Source of the DNA: Candidatus Omnitrophota bacterium
Lineage (GTDB): Bacteria; Omnitrophota; Gorgyraeia; Duberdicusellales; Duberdicusellaceae
Reading direction: 5' to 3'
Assembly (NCBI GenBank): GCA_021159015.1
Contig: JAGGSQ010000042.1
Span: 557 to 64,556, forward strand
DNA: 64,000 nt
In this document: positions 1 through 9,698 of the stretch, piece by piece
How positions within the stretch are numbered: position 1 is the first letter of the stretch
Layout of the letters: each line of letters opens with the position of its first letter
Notes under the pieces: model-generated
Seen by the model: the letters and a program-made list of their open reading frames with translations, nothing else
Databases searched by the model: none
What the model was told of the DNA's origin: nothing
Program-made: the position numbers and the translations under genes

Positions 1-548
1 ACCTTTCCAGCAGAAGCCTCTGCCTTGAAATATTCCCTTGGCTGGTTCAGGCCACGCAGACGGCAGAAAAAACCTCCCCAAATAGTACGGCAGTAAGCAT
101 TAAAACGCTTTACTGCTTCATTATAACGCATACGCTCTACCGCAATTCTGTTTTCCGCACCCTCCAGCTGTGCTTGTAAACCTAAAAAGTTTTGGTTGGC
201 TTTAAGCTGGGGATAATTTTCACTAATAACCATAAGCTTGGATAAGGCAGCAGTAATCTGATTGGCTGTTTTTATTTTATCGGTTATACCGGCAGACTTT
301 GCCCACTGGCTCCTGAGGCGGGTTATCTCCATAAGTGTCTGATTTTCATGCTTTGCGTAGCCTTTTACGGTACTGACCAGATTCGGTATAAGGTCATTGC
401 GTCTTTGCAGCTGATTTTCCACTTGTGCCCAGGCATTATTAACTTCTTCGTCTAAGACTACCGGCACATTAATATTTTTTATGAACCATCCTCCTCCCAA
501 AACTATAACTGCCGCCACAATTAAGAATAGCCCCCATCCTTTACTCAT
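1..548 (-). CDS. lemA: LemA family protein (3' end runs off the window; absent from the ORF track)
   Basis: Manual translation from ATG at 548 (SD GAGGGGG): MSKGWGLFLIVAAVIVLGGGWFIKNINVPVVLDEEVNNAWAQVENQLQRRNDLIPNLVSTVKGYAKHE...ENYPQLKANQNFLGLQAQLEGAENRIAVERMRYNEAV. These are LemA hallmarks. Confidence 0.93.
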   Translation of the reverse strand, partial: MSKGWGLFLIVAAVIVLGGGWFIKNINVPVVLDEEVNNAWAQVENQLQRRNDLIPNLVSTVKGYAKHENQTLMEITRLRSQWAKSAGITDKIKTANQITAALSKLMVISENYPQLKANQNFLGLQAQLEGAENRIAVERMRYNEAVKRFNAYCRTIWGGFFCRLRGLNQPREYFKAEASAGK

Positions 549-581
549 ATAACCCCCCTCTTGGTTATTTGCTCTCTTTTA

Positions 582-1331
582 CTACCATCCTCCCGAAGCT
601 CCACCGCCACCGGAAAGCCCGCCGCCAAATCCTCCAAAAGAGCCAAAGCCTCCCCCAAAACCTCCTTCTCCTTCTGACCAGAATCCACCTCCTAGAGGAA
701 AAAAGAAAAAAGGGAAGAAAAATCCCCGCCCCATGAATAAAAGAAAGAATAGAAGAACAAAAATCAAGCGCAAAGCCGAAGGCTTATGTTTAACAGAAGA
801 AAGAGGTAGGGGAGTTGAGGAAACTTTCTGAGAAGAAAAATCTAAACTATACTCTCTGGCTACCAGTTTTACTACCTCTATAAACCCCGCAAGCAACCCC
901 TGGGAAAAATCCCCCTGCCGGAAATAAGGAAGGATATTCTGTTCAATTATCTCTTTAGCTAAAACATCAGGAATTGCTCCTTCCAGGCCATAGCCTACTT
1001 CTATTCTTACCTTCCTCTCCCGCAAAGCTACTAATATCAATACGCCGTTGTCTTTGCCTTTTTGCCCCACTCCCCACTGTTCAAATAATTTAACGGCATA
1101 AGTCTCAATATCGTAAGGATAGATTTGAGGAAGAATCGCTACAGCAATCTGGGCGCCGCTTTTCTCTTCCAGCCAACTGGCAGCTAAACTCATTTCTCTT
1201 TTTGCCTCCTCAGACAGGACTCCGGCATAATCGTTTATAAAACCGCTATAAGAAGGAAACTTAGTTGCCCCTAATAACATAGAAGGCAAAAAGCAAACCA
1301 AAGATAAAAGATACCAGCTTAATCTTCTCAT
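582..1331 (-). CDS. TPM domain (YgcG-like) membrane protein
   Basis: Signal peptide, INDYAGVL...WGVGQKGKDNGVLILVA...RIEVGYGLEGAIPD, a TM segment and a Gly-rich tail ending GGGASGGW; adjacent to lemA. Confidence 0.92.
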   Translation of the reverse strand: MRRLSWYLLSLVCFLPSMLLGATKFPSYSGFINDYAGVLSEEAKREMSLAASWLEEKSGAQIAVAILPQIYPYDIETYAVKLFEQWGVGQKGKDNGVLILVALRERKVRIEVGYGLEGAIPDVLAKEIIEQNILPYFRQGDFSQGLLAGFIEVVKLVAREYSLDFSSQKVSSTPLPLSSVKHKPSALRLIFVLLFFLLFMGRGFFFPFFFFPLGGGFWSEGEGGFGGGFGSFGGFGGGLSGGGGASGGW

Positions 1332-2071
1332 AGTCTGTCTATAATATAAGCCATCTTCTCTATCTCTTCCAGGTAATCTTTTAAAAATAGTTCTATGTCC
1401 CGGCCGGATATTTTCTCATCATTCTTTTTGTCTCTCAACAAAGCAATAAAAAGCTCTGCCTTTATGCCGAAGACTTCCTCCAGTCTTACTACAACTTTCT
1501 CTTTATGGGCCGGAGGAGTAATATCTTTAAGGCGTAAGAGTGAGCGGAAGACAGGAAAAAGGGAATTAAAGGAGCGCTTTAATATCGCTTCAATTCCCTT
1601 TTTCTTTAGCCCTTTTTCTAAGTAAGTCTGGCGGATACGGATAAGTTTTCCCTTTAATTGCTCCTCGCAAAAAAGCCGTAGATATTTCTGGTCTATAACA
1701 ATTCCTGAGAAGATATCCTCTCCATATAAAAGCAGGTAGTTATCTTTTATCTCTAAGAACTCTATGGGAAAAGTATCTTTAGAAGTATCAATATGCGCAC
1801 GACTTAAGATAAGAGGAGCAGAAATATTCTTCCTGCGTCCTCCCGCTATCAGTTTAAGATTTTTCTTTAAATCCTCCAGCCTCACCCTCTTAAATACCGC
1901 CAAAATATTAATATCGGATACCCCCGCAACAAAGTCTTCTCCCGTAGCACTTCCGTAAAGCATTAAAGACAAGAGGTTGTCCGCGTTGAGGCGGATAAAA
2001 TTTTCTAGATAAGGTCGAAGCACTTTCTTCACCACAGGATTTAACTTCTCCAAGTTCGTAATATTATCCAT
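1328..2071 (-). CDS. Nucleotidyltransferase-domain protein of the LemA/TPM-associated type
   Basis: LYGSA...SDINIL Pol-beta NTase motif and DTFPIEFLEIK. Start moved to ATG 2071 because of the SD AGGAGG. Confidence 0.8.
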   Translation of the reverse strand: MDNITNLEKLNPVVKKVLRPYLENFIRLNADNLLSLMLYGSATGEDFVAGVSDINILAVFKRVRLEDLKKNLKLIAGGRRKNISAPLILSRAHIDTSKDTFPIEFLEIKDNYLLLYGEDIFSGIVIDQKYLRLFCEEQLKGKLIRIRQTYLEKGLKKKGIEAILKRSFNSLFPVFRSLLRLKDITPPAHKEKVVVRLEEVFGIKAELFIALLRDKKNDEKISGRDIELFLKDYLEEIEKMAYIIDRL

Positions 2072-2093
2072 TACGCCTCCTCTTTGTAAACTC

Positions 2094-2122
2094 ATTCTAT
2101 CAAAACCGCTCTTGTCTTACAA
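2094..2122 (-). promoter_or_regulatory. Putative sigma70 promoter of the NTase-TPM-lemA operon
   Basis: Minus strand TTGTAA-17 nt-TAGAAT with an extended -10 TG. Confidence 0.6.
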
Positions 2123-2175
2123 CCCAAGAACTCACCTTGCCTTTTATGTCTTCTAGAACAATATAAAGAATTGTC

Positions 2176-2214
2176 TTAACCTCTGTCCACCGACAGGTGG
2201 ACAAAAAAGGGTTA
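2176..2214. repeat. Intergenic palindrome TGTCCACC-GACA-GGTGGACA with outer TTAACC/GGTTAA arms (terminator-like or REP-like)
   Basis: Perfect 8-bp stem at 2184-2203, just after the USP stop. No U-tract follows it on the transcribed strand. Confidence 0.5.
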
Positions 2215-2227
2215 ATAAAGAAGGGCT

Positions 2228-2686
2228 CTATTCTTTGACTACGAGGACAGGACAGGGAGCCTCGCGGAAGATTCTTTCTTCTTCGTCGTAGAATGAGTCT
2301 TTGCGGCTTAGGGCTTCCTCTAATTCCCCCATCACCAACAAATCAGCCCCAAGCTCTTGCGCCTTTTTCACTACTTCCTCATGTACTATGCCCCGCAAAA
2401 GATAAGTACTTACCTTAATATTCCTTTTAGCCGCCTGTTTCTCTAAAAACCTAAGAAATTTTTTTCCATCATTTATCAGGTCCTGTTCATATTCCTGCTC
2501 TTCCTTCTCCACAAAAACCTTGGCTTTAGTAAGCTCTGCCAAAGTCTTCTCATCTACTACATAAACCCCCGATAGCTCCCCTCCCGTAAGCTCAGCCAGA
2601 GACAAAGCATAACGCAGGGCTAAAAATGACTCTTCACTGCCATTAAGATAAAGAAGGATTTTCCTAAACTCAGGCTCATTTGCCAT
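2228..2686 (-). CDS. Universal stress protein (UspA family)
   Basis: FRKILLYLNGSEES...GADLLVMG...APCPVLVVK. Confidence 0.9.
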   Translation of the reverse strand: MANEPEFRKILLYLNGSEESFLALRYALSLAELTGGELSGVYVVDEKTLAELTKAKVFVEKEEQEYEQDLINDGKKFLRFLEKQAAKRNIKVSTYLLRGIVHEEVVKKAQELGADLLVMGELEEALSRKDSFYDEEERIFREAPCPVLVVKE

Positions 2687-2687
2687 T

Positions 2688-3311
2688 TTATTCCCCCCTC
2701 ATTTTCTTTTTAATGAGTTTCTGAATGAAAAAACTCTCCCTTTCCTGCTCCTGCAAGAAAGCTTCTATATAGGAAATTGTTTCTCCGTAATCGGGCAAAT
2801 ATATTTTCTCTAAAGCATTTACCCGCCGCATAGTTTTTTTCACTTCTCGTGCCAGACGTAAAATGCTTACACGGTACTGAGCATATAAAGCTAGGTGATT
2901 TAAGCACTCTCTAAACTTGGCCATTGCCTCATCTACAGCCAGGCTTATTCTATAAGGGAAATAGAAAGGGGCAGTAGCAGACGAAGATATATTTAGGCGC
3001 GGCAAATCAACTCCCATTACTTTGTGAGAACCGATATTCACCTCATATCTTATATTAGAAGCACAAGCCAATTCTCCTAAAGACAACCGGCCCTCTTTAA
3101 CAATTGCTTGCTGCAGAGCACCATAGGCAGCTTCTAGAGCTTGGCCGAATTCACTTTCGGCCTTTTTAGCTCTTTCTTTCAAATTAAGCAGCTCGGCAAT
3201 AAGTATTTCTCTTTTATCTTCTAAGAGGCTGTGGCCTTCGGAAGCAAAAGCAAAGTTTCTTTTAGTTTTTAATAAATTAGTTTTAGTAGGCGCCAGCTTA
3301 TACTTAGCCAT
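2688..3311 (-). CDS. ntpD: V/A-type ATP synthase subunit D
   Basis: PTKTNLL...GHSLLEDKREIL...KKTMRRVNALEKIYLP...EQERESFF; operon context. Confidence 0.95.
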   Translation of the reverse strand: MAKYKLAPTKTNLLKTKRNFAFASEGHSLLEDKREILIAELLNLKERAKKAESEFGQALEAAYGALQQAIVKEGRLSLGELACASNIRYEVNIGSHKVMGVDLPRLNISSSATAPFYFPYRISLAVDEAMAKFRECLNHLALYAQYRVSILRLAREVKKTMRRVNALEKIYLPDYGETISYIEAFLQEQERESFFIQKLIKKKMRGE

Positions 3312-3313
3312 AA

Positions 3314-4696
3314 TTATCGGCCATAATATTTCTCTATTTCCTCTCCCGTTATGCGATGCAGCTCTTCTTTAGGCAGGATGGACAAGACTCTCCAGCCTAA
3401 ATCAAGACTTTCATAAATACCTCTTTCTTCTTCATAATCCTGAGAAAGAAACTTTTTCTCAAAAGCCTCACCAAATTTAAGGTAAATATGATCTAAGGGA
3501 GTTAGCTCTTATTCTCCAATTACCGACGCCAGTGCCCGCACGTCTTTAGTTTGAGAATAGGCAGCAAAGAGCTGGCTGGCCAGATGGGGATGGTCAGAGC
3601 GGGTTTTACCTTCTCCTACATTGTCTTTCATTAAGCGTGAGAGAGAAGGAAGTCCCGCAATAGGAGGATAAACTCCTTTTTGAGCCAGTTCTCTTTCCAG
3701 AACAATCTGCCCCTCCGTAATATAGCCGGTTAAATCCGGCACGGGATGCGTAATGTCATCATTGGGCATAGTAAGGATAGGAAGTTGAGTGATAGAGCCC
3801 GTAGCACTAGCTACCAGGCCGGCTCTTTCGTATAAGGAAGCCAGGTCACTATAGAGATAGCCCGGATATCCTTTGCGCGCGGGAACTTCTCCCCGCAGGG
3901 TAGAGACCTCTCTCAAAGCCTCGCAATAATTGCTCATATCTGTCATAATCACCAAAACATGATAATTCTTACGGAAAGCTAAAAACTCTGCCAAAGTAAG
4001 AGCGGAACGCGGCGTAGCCAGGCGTTCAATGGAAGGGGCATCGGCCAGGCTTAAAAAAATGGCTACCCTCTCCAGAACGCCGCTCTGGCGGAAATTGTCA
4101 ATAAAAAAGCGGGCCGTATCATATTTTATGCCCATAGCGGCAAACACCACGCAAAAGTTAGAATCTTCATCTACGATTTTTGCCTGACGCACAATCTGCG
4201 CGGCCAGGCGGTCGTGAGGAAGACCGGCGCCGGAGAAAATGGGCAATTTTTGCCCTCTTACCAAAGTATTCATAACATCAATGGCAGAAATCCCTGTCTG
4301 GATAAACTTCTCCGGATAGGTACGCGCTGTAGGGTTAATAGCTAAGCCGGAAACATCTCTCCGTTCCTCTTCCTTACCTAAGCCAAAACCATCCTGAGGA
4401 CGGCCCAGCCCGTCAAAGATTCTTCCCAGCATCTCTTCCGAAACTCCTAAATCTAAAGGCCTCTCCTTAAAAATCAGACGAGAGGACTTAAGACCTAAAT
4501 TGGCTGTACCTTCAAAAACTTGTACTACAGCTGCACCTTTTTCTACTTCTAAAGTTATGCCTAGACGCCTGTGGCCTTCCTCGTCAATTACTTCCACCAG
4601 CTCGTTATAGCCAACATCGTGGATATTTTTAATAAAAACCAACGGGCCTACTATCTCATTTAGGCCACGATATTCCTTCTCACCTCTAACGCTCAT
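3314..4696 (-). pseudogene. ntpB: V/A-type ATP synthase subunit B interrupted by an in-frame TAA at 3509-3511 (real nonsense mutation or sequence error)
   Basis: [46 protein letters not shown]. The same frame continues past the stop as ELTPLDHIYLKFGEAFEKKFLSQ...SLDLGWRVLSILPKEELHRI...YYGR* to 3314. Confidence 0.85.
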
Positions 4697-6453
4697 TCTG
4701 CTAGTTCTTTTATTTCTTCTTTCATCTCTTCATATATTTCATCTAGCCTTCCCAAGTCCTCATTGGCGACAGAAAATTTCATGCGAGTTATCTTGCGATA
4801 AGCCGCTATCTTCTTCAGAAACACTAGCGGTACCCCCGCGCGTATTGCCTCTAGACCCCGACGATAGAATTCTACTATTATCTTAAGCATTTTAAACTGT
4901 TTGAGAGCGGGGGTGTAAGTATCTATCTTATCAAAAGCATTCTGCTGCAGAAAGGCAGTCTTGAACAAAAGTGCCGTCTCTAGAATAAGCTTCTGAGTAT
5001 CAGGCAGAACATCCGGCCCTACCAGTTTTACCACACTTTGAAGTCTGGCTTCCTTCTGCATCAATTCCATAATACTATTGCGATAGTCCAACCATTCTTT
5101 GCTGATATTTTCTGCATACCACGCTGCAATATCAGCGATATATTCCGAATAACTCTCCATCCAACTGATAGAGGGATAATGACGGGCATTAGCCAAATCT
5201 CTATCTAAAGCCCAGAAGGTGCGGATAAAACGTTTGGTATGTTGAGTTACGGGCTCTGAGAAATCCCCTCCGGGAGGCGAAACAGAACCAATAATTGTAA
5301 CCGAAGCCTCCCTTCCGGAAAGAGTCTTAACCATTCCCGCCCGCTCGTAAAATTCTGCTAAGCGTGTAGGCAGGTAGGCGGGAAACCCCTCATCAGCCGG
5401 CATTTCCTCCATTCTCCCGGAAAGCTCCCGCAACGCTTCGGCCCAGCGCGAGGTAGAATCAGCCATAACTGCTACATTGTATCCCATATCACGAAAATAT
5501 TCCGCAATGGTAATTCCGGTATAGATAGATGCCTCGCGCGCCGCTACCGGCATATTGGAAGTATTGGCAATAAACACAGTGCGCTCCGTAAGGGGGCGGC
5601 CGCTGCGGGGATCTATAAGTTTAGGAAAGCTCATTAGTACATCGGTCATCTCATTGCCTCTCTCGCCGCAGCCAATAAAAACTACAATATCCGCATCAGA
5701 CCATTTAGCCAATTGATGCTGAATCATAGTTTTACCCGTACCAAAACCGCCGGGAACCGCTACACACCCTCCTTTAGCTACGGGGAAAAGTATATCAATC
5801 ACACGCTGGCCGGTAATTAAAGGATATTTTAAGGCCAGCCGCTGGCGGTAAGGACGTCTTATGCGTACCGGCCAGCGCTGAAACATAAAAAGAGGAATCT
5901 CTCTATTTTCTTCCTTCAACACGGCTATGGTATCATCTAAAGTATAGTCTCCTTCGGAAACAATTTTTACTACTTCCCCCTCTACTTGCGGTGGCACAAG
6001 AATGCGATGTTCCACCAGCCCTGTCTCAGGCACTCTGCCGATTATCTCTCCTCCTCTTACTCTTTTGCCGCAAGAAACCTCCGGTATAAAGTGCCACTTC
6101 TTTTTGCGTACCAAGGCAGGAAAATGGACGCCTCTTTTTATATATTCTCCCTCTTTTTCTCTTATTAAATCCAGAGGCCTTTGCACCCCGTCATAAATAG
6201 TACTTACTAACCCGGGACCTAATTCTACCGAAAGAGGCATACCTGAACCATAAACTACAGCGTCCGGACGCAGGGAAGTAGTATCTTCATAAACCTGGAT
6301 TACCGCTCTATCTTCCTCCAAGTGCACCACCTCACCAATGAGGCGTTCGTTACCTACCTCTACTAACTCAAACATTTTGGCGGCCTGCATCTGGTAGCAT
6401 TCTACTACCGGCCCGCTCACTCTCCTTACTCTGCCAACAATATTAAGCTCCAT
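4693..6453 (-). CDS. ntpA: V/A-type ATP synthase catalytic subunit A
   Basis: Walker [43 protein letters not shown]. Confidence 0.97.
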   Translation of the reverse strand: MELNIVGRVRRVSGPVVECYQMQAAKMFELVEVGNERLIGEVVHLEEDRAVIQVYEDTTSLRPDAVVYGSGMPLSVELGPGLVSTIYDGVQRPLDLIREKEGEYIKRGVHFPALVRKKKWHFIPEVSCGKRVRGGEIIGRVPETGLVEHRILVPPQVEGEVVKIVSEGDYTLDDTIAVLKEENREIPLFMFQRWPVRIRRPYRQRLALKYPLITGQRVIDILFPVAKGGCVAVPGGFGTGKTMIQHQLAKWSDADIVVFIGCGERGNEMTDVLMSFPKLIDPRSGRPLTERTVFIANTSNMPVAAREASIYTGITIAEYFRDMGYNVAVMADSTSRWAEALRELSGRMEEMPADEGFPAYLPTRLAEFYERAGMVKTLSGREASVTIIGSVSPPGGDFSEPVTQHTKRFIRTFWALDRDLANARHYPSISWMESYSEYIADIAAWYAENISKEWLDYRNSIMELMQKEARLQSVVKLVGPDVLPDTQKLILETALLFKTAFLQQNAFDKIDTYTPALKQFKMLKIIVEFYRRGLEAIRAGVPLVFLKKIAAYRKITRMKFSVANEDLGRLDEIYEEMKEEIKELAE

Positions 6454-7075
6454 AGAGTCTCTCGTAGACTATCTTTCTTATTTCGTTATAGGCCCGCCTC
6501 TGGCGTTGAGAGAAAGTATTATCAAATAAAACCCTTCCTTCTTTCTCTTCTACCACAGCTCCTAAATCTGAATAAACATCAGAAAAAACCACCTCTATCT
6601 CTTTCAAAAAAGAAAAAGACTGCCTTAAAAATTCCTCTAGCTCCGTTTTAAACTCCTCGCCCAGAGCTTCTTTCTCATAAGAGGAAACAATCACTCTTAT
6701 TCTCTCCTGGCCTAAAACCTCCACGCCTTCTTTAGCCAGCTGCTTAAGAGTGTCGCGGTAAAGAGGCCCGTGGCGGAAATTTTCTTTTTCCTCTTCTAAA
6801 GAAACCAGAACCTCCCTAAATACCTCTTCAAAACTAGATAGTCTAGCCCTTTTCTCCGCCAGTCTTAGATAAGATAAAACGCTTTTTTCTTTCTCCTGCC
6901 TGAGCTTATCTATTTTTTTTTGAAAGAGCTCTTCTTTTTCTTTGAGTTTTTCTTCTGCCCCTTTGAGTATAGACTCTGCCTTTTGCCGGGCCGCTTCCAC
7001 TATCTCCTCTGCTTCTTTCTTAGCAGCAGTTTCAATCTGGCGGCAGATTACTTCAACACTATTCTCACTGCTCAT
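6443..7075 (-). CDS. ntpE: V/A-type ATP synthase subunit E
   Basis: N-terminal coiled coil, C-terminal GAVVEE...DNTF; position in the operon. Confidence 0.88.
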   Translation of the reverse strand: MSSENSVEVICRQIETAAKKEAEEIVEAARQKAESILKGAEEKLKEKEELFQKKIDKLRQEKEKSVLSYLRLAEKRARLSSFEEVFREVLVSLEEEKENFRHGPLYRDTLKQLAKEGVEVLGQERIRVIVSSYEKEALGEEFKTELEEFLRQSFSFLKEIEVVFSDVYSDLGAVVEEKEGRVLFDNTFSQRQRRAYNEIRKIVYERLYGA

Positions 7076-7087
7076 ATTTCTTTCTCT

Positions 7088-7393
7088 CTATACTGATATC
7101 CCAATACTATCCTTTATCAATTCATCTATATTCTTTCTCTTTCTCTCTTTCCCCCTAAAAGACCTAATTTCCACCACAATAGGAAACCTGCCACTATAGA
7201 GGTGAATATTTATCTCCTCCCGCACCACCTCTGCCAACTCCTCGCTAATTAATAAGATTCCCACATCTTTAAGTAAAAGCGAGGAGGGGAAAAGATTCTT
7301 TATATCTTCCCTATTTTTCACTTCATATACCTCTACTCCTGCAAGCTTAAATCCTAAAGCTGTATCTCTATCCAGTAAAGCGTAAATTCTCAT
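7088..7393 (-). CDS. ntpF: V/A-type ATP synthase subunit F
   Basis: DRDTALGFKLAGVE...DVGILLISE...IKDSIGI. Confidence 0.92.
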   Translation of the reverse strand: MRIYALLDRDTALGFKLAGVEVYEVKNREDIKNLFPSSLLLKDVGILLISEELAEVVREEINIHLYSGRFPIVVEIRSFRGKERKRKNIDELIKDSIGISV

Positions 7394-7734
7394 TAAATCC
7401 GGCCGAGAATCATTATAGAAATAATTAAACCGTAAATGGCAATCCCTTCCGCCAATCCTACAAAAACTAAAACCTTGCCTGTAATCTCCGGCTTCTCGCT
7501 AATTGCCCCTACCGCAGCCGAGCCCACATAACTCACGGCAATTCCTGCCGCTAAAGAACTCAAGCCCGTAGCAATAGAAGCCGCCAAAAATCCCCACTTA
7601 ACTATGCTGCTATCTACTCCTCCTGCCGCGGCGGCCAGGCTCTTATGGGCAATAAAAATAAGACCCGCCAAAAAAGCCGGCAAAAAAGCTGCCCAAAACA
7701 TTTGTTGCTTCGTGACTCTTTTCTTCTTAGCCAT
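7393..7734 (-). CDS. ntpK: V/A-type ATP synthase proteolipid subunit K/c (single hairpin, signal-like N-terminus)
   Basis: GSAAVGAISEKPE...VGLAEGIAIYGLII, with the conserved Glu. Confidence 0.92.
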   Translation of the reverse strand: MAKKKRVTKQQMFWAAFLPAFLAGLIFIAHKSLAAAAGGVDSSIVKWGFLAASIATGLSSLAAGIAVSYVGSAAVGAISEKPEITGKVLVFVGLAEGIAIYGLIISIMILGRI

Positions 7735-7757
7735 ACTGCCTCCTTCTTTTTAAACAC

Positions 7758-9698
7758 TCAAGATTCCTCTACCCTTAAGGGTTTGAATTCTTCTCCCTGG
7801 CGGTTAAAAAAACGAGAGAAAAACTCGTAATATTCAAGTCTTAGTACCTGGATAGTAACTACCAGTCCTTCTAAGAAAATTATAAATATATTGCCGAAGA
7901 CTATTACTAATCCTGAGCCCCAACTATTGCCGGAAGCCTTTCTTATTATATCAGCCAAGCTAAATATTGCAACGAAGAGGCCGATATGGGCTAAAGAAAA
8001 GGCGGCTATGCGGATAAAAGATAGCGTGTTAGTCAAATACCCCAAGAATATCTCAAATATCTCCATTAATTTTTCAAAAATATAAGCCAGAGCAGATTTT
8101 TTCTCTTTTTCTTCCTCACCGCCTTTCTGTATTAAAAACCTCTCGCCTAAAAAAACCATCAAACTCAAGAACAAAATTATGCCACAAGCATCAAAGAAAG
8201 GATTCCTCAAGCCTGCTATGAATCTAACTACTACCCCTAAAGAAGCCCAATAAATTACACCCGAAATTAATCCGGCTTTGTCAAAAAACAAACGGCGGTA
8301 ATCTCTAAATCTTAAATTATTAATTATGTTAATTATTATTCCGCCGGAAATAACCAGTACCCCAAAAGCAACCGTAAGTTTAAAAAGATAGCTTATGTTT
8401 TTAAGAGGCCTAAGCCAGAAAGCCGGTAGCACATTCTCAAAGCCAAAAAAGCTTCCGTAAAATAGGCCAAAAACTGCTGCCGCCATACCGGCTAAACTAA
8501 TAATAACACCGCTCTTTTTTATAATTTCCTTTTTCTGACGCCGCAGTAATAAGCCAGCCAACAGCAGCACTATACCCTGACCTAAATCGCCAAACATCGC
8601 TCCGAACATAAGCACAAACAACACTGCTACAATTAGCGTGGGGTCAATCATACCATAAGCAGGCACACCGTATATTTTTACCAAATTTTCAAACGGCGAT
8701 AAGAAAAAGGGGTGGGAAAACAATACCGGCACCCTCAGGCGCCCTTTCTTTACCAAAGAAATATCAGAAGCAGGGAGGCTTTCATAAAACAATCTCTGCC
8801 CGCAAATTCTCTCAAGAGCCACTCGCAATATCCTTTCCTTTTTCTCCGCTACCCAGCCAGAGATAAAATAGACATAATCGCTATGCGAGAAATACTCTCG
8901 CGCCTGCCAGAAAGCCTGCCATTTTTTCACAGAGAAAAAAACTGCTCTCATCTCAACCTCTATTTCTCGGCGCCAAGCCTCTATTTTCTCCTGCTCTTGT
9001 CTTAGTTTTTCCTCCAGATGCCTAATCTCTGATTCTATCTCCTGCTTCAATAAAGAAGTATCCTTAGGAGGGGTTTTTATTCTATTTAGTGCATACTTAT
9101 TAACGAGAGTATCTAGAAATTCTTGGTCTTTCTTCATTATTACCAATACAAAGCGTACTATTTCCCCATCTTGAAAATAAGGAACCAAAAGATGAATCAA
9201 AGAGGAAATTTCACGTTGAAAATTCTCCCAGTATCTGGCCTTTATTTCATATAAAGATATGTATATATAGGAATAACGGCGCGCCAGATTCATTTCCCAG
9301 CTGGGAAGCATTTTTATCTCGGTATAAATTTCCTCTTTTTCTTTCTTAAGACGCTCTATGCGTTCCTTCTCTAAAAGAAGCGGCCCTGACTTTTCCTCCC
9401 AAAAAACAACTTTTTTCTCTATCTGGGCCATATCTATATCCCTAAGCGCCTTGCCTTGAGGAGGCAGAAGCCTAATTTCTAATCTCTCAGCCAGACCTTC
9501 AATTCTCCTCTTTAGCTCGGCACATTTTTCTCTTTCGGCTGCGGTTGGCTCTTTATGAAGAAGAGATAAATCTTGGCTCACTTCTTTTATATCTAGAAGC
9601 TGAATTAGACCCAGTTTTACTAAAGAATCAGTAACTTTATCTATATCCTCTTTCAGAACCATCATATTTACTTCCCGCATGGGGACAAAATTCAGCAT
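7758..9698 (-). CDS. ntpI: V/A-type ATP synthase subunit I/a
   Basis: YGVPAYGMIDPT, MFGDLGQG, NTLSFIRIAAFSLAH, LRLEYYEFFSRF. Confidence 0.95.
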   Translation of the reverse strand: MLNFVPMREVNMMVLKEDIDKVTDSLVKLGLIQLLDIKEVSQDLSLLHKEPTAAEREKCAELKRRIEGLAERLEIRLLPPQGKALRDIDMAQIEKKVVFWEEKSGPLLLEKERIERLKKEKEEIYTEIKMLPSWEMNLARRYSYIYISLYEIKARYWENFQREISSLIHLLVPYFQDGEIVRFVLVIMKKDQEFLDTLVNKYALNRIKTPPKDTSLLKQEIESEIRHLEEKLRQEQEKIEAWRREIEVEMRAVFFSVKKWQAFWQAREYFSHSDYVYFISGWVAEKKERILRVALERICGQRLFYESLPASDISLVKKGRLRVPVLFSHPFFLSPFENLVKIYGVPAYGMIDPTLIVAVLFVLMFGAMFGDLGQGIVLLLAGLLLRRQKKEIIKKSGVIISLAGMAAAVFGLFYGSFFGFENVLPAFWLRPLKNISYLFKLTVAFGVLVISGGIIINIINNLRFRDYRRLFFDKAGLISGVIYWASLGVVVRFIAGLRNPFFDACGIILFLSLMVFLGERFLIQKGGEEEKEKKSALAYIFEKLMEIFEIFLGYLTNTLSFIRIAAFSLAHIGLFVAIFSLADIIRKASGNSWGSGLVIVFGNIFIIFLEGLVVTIQVLRLEYYEFFSRFFNRQGEEFKPLRVEES

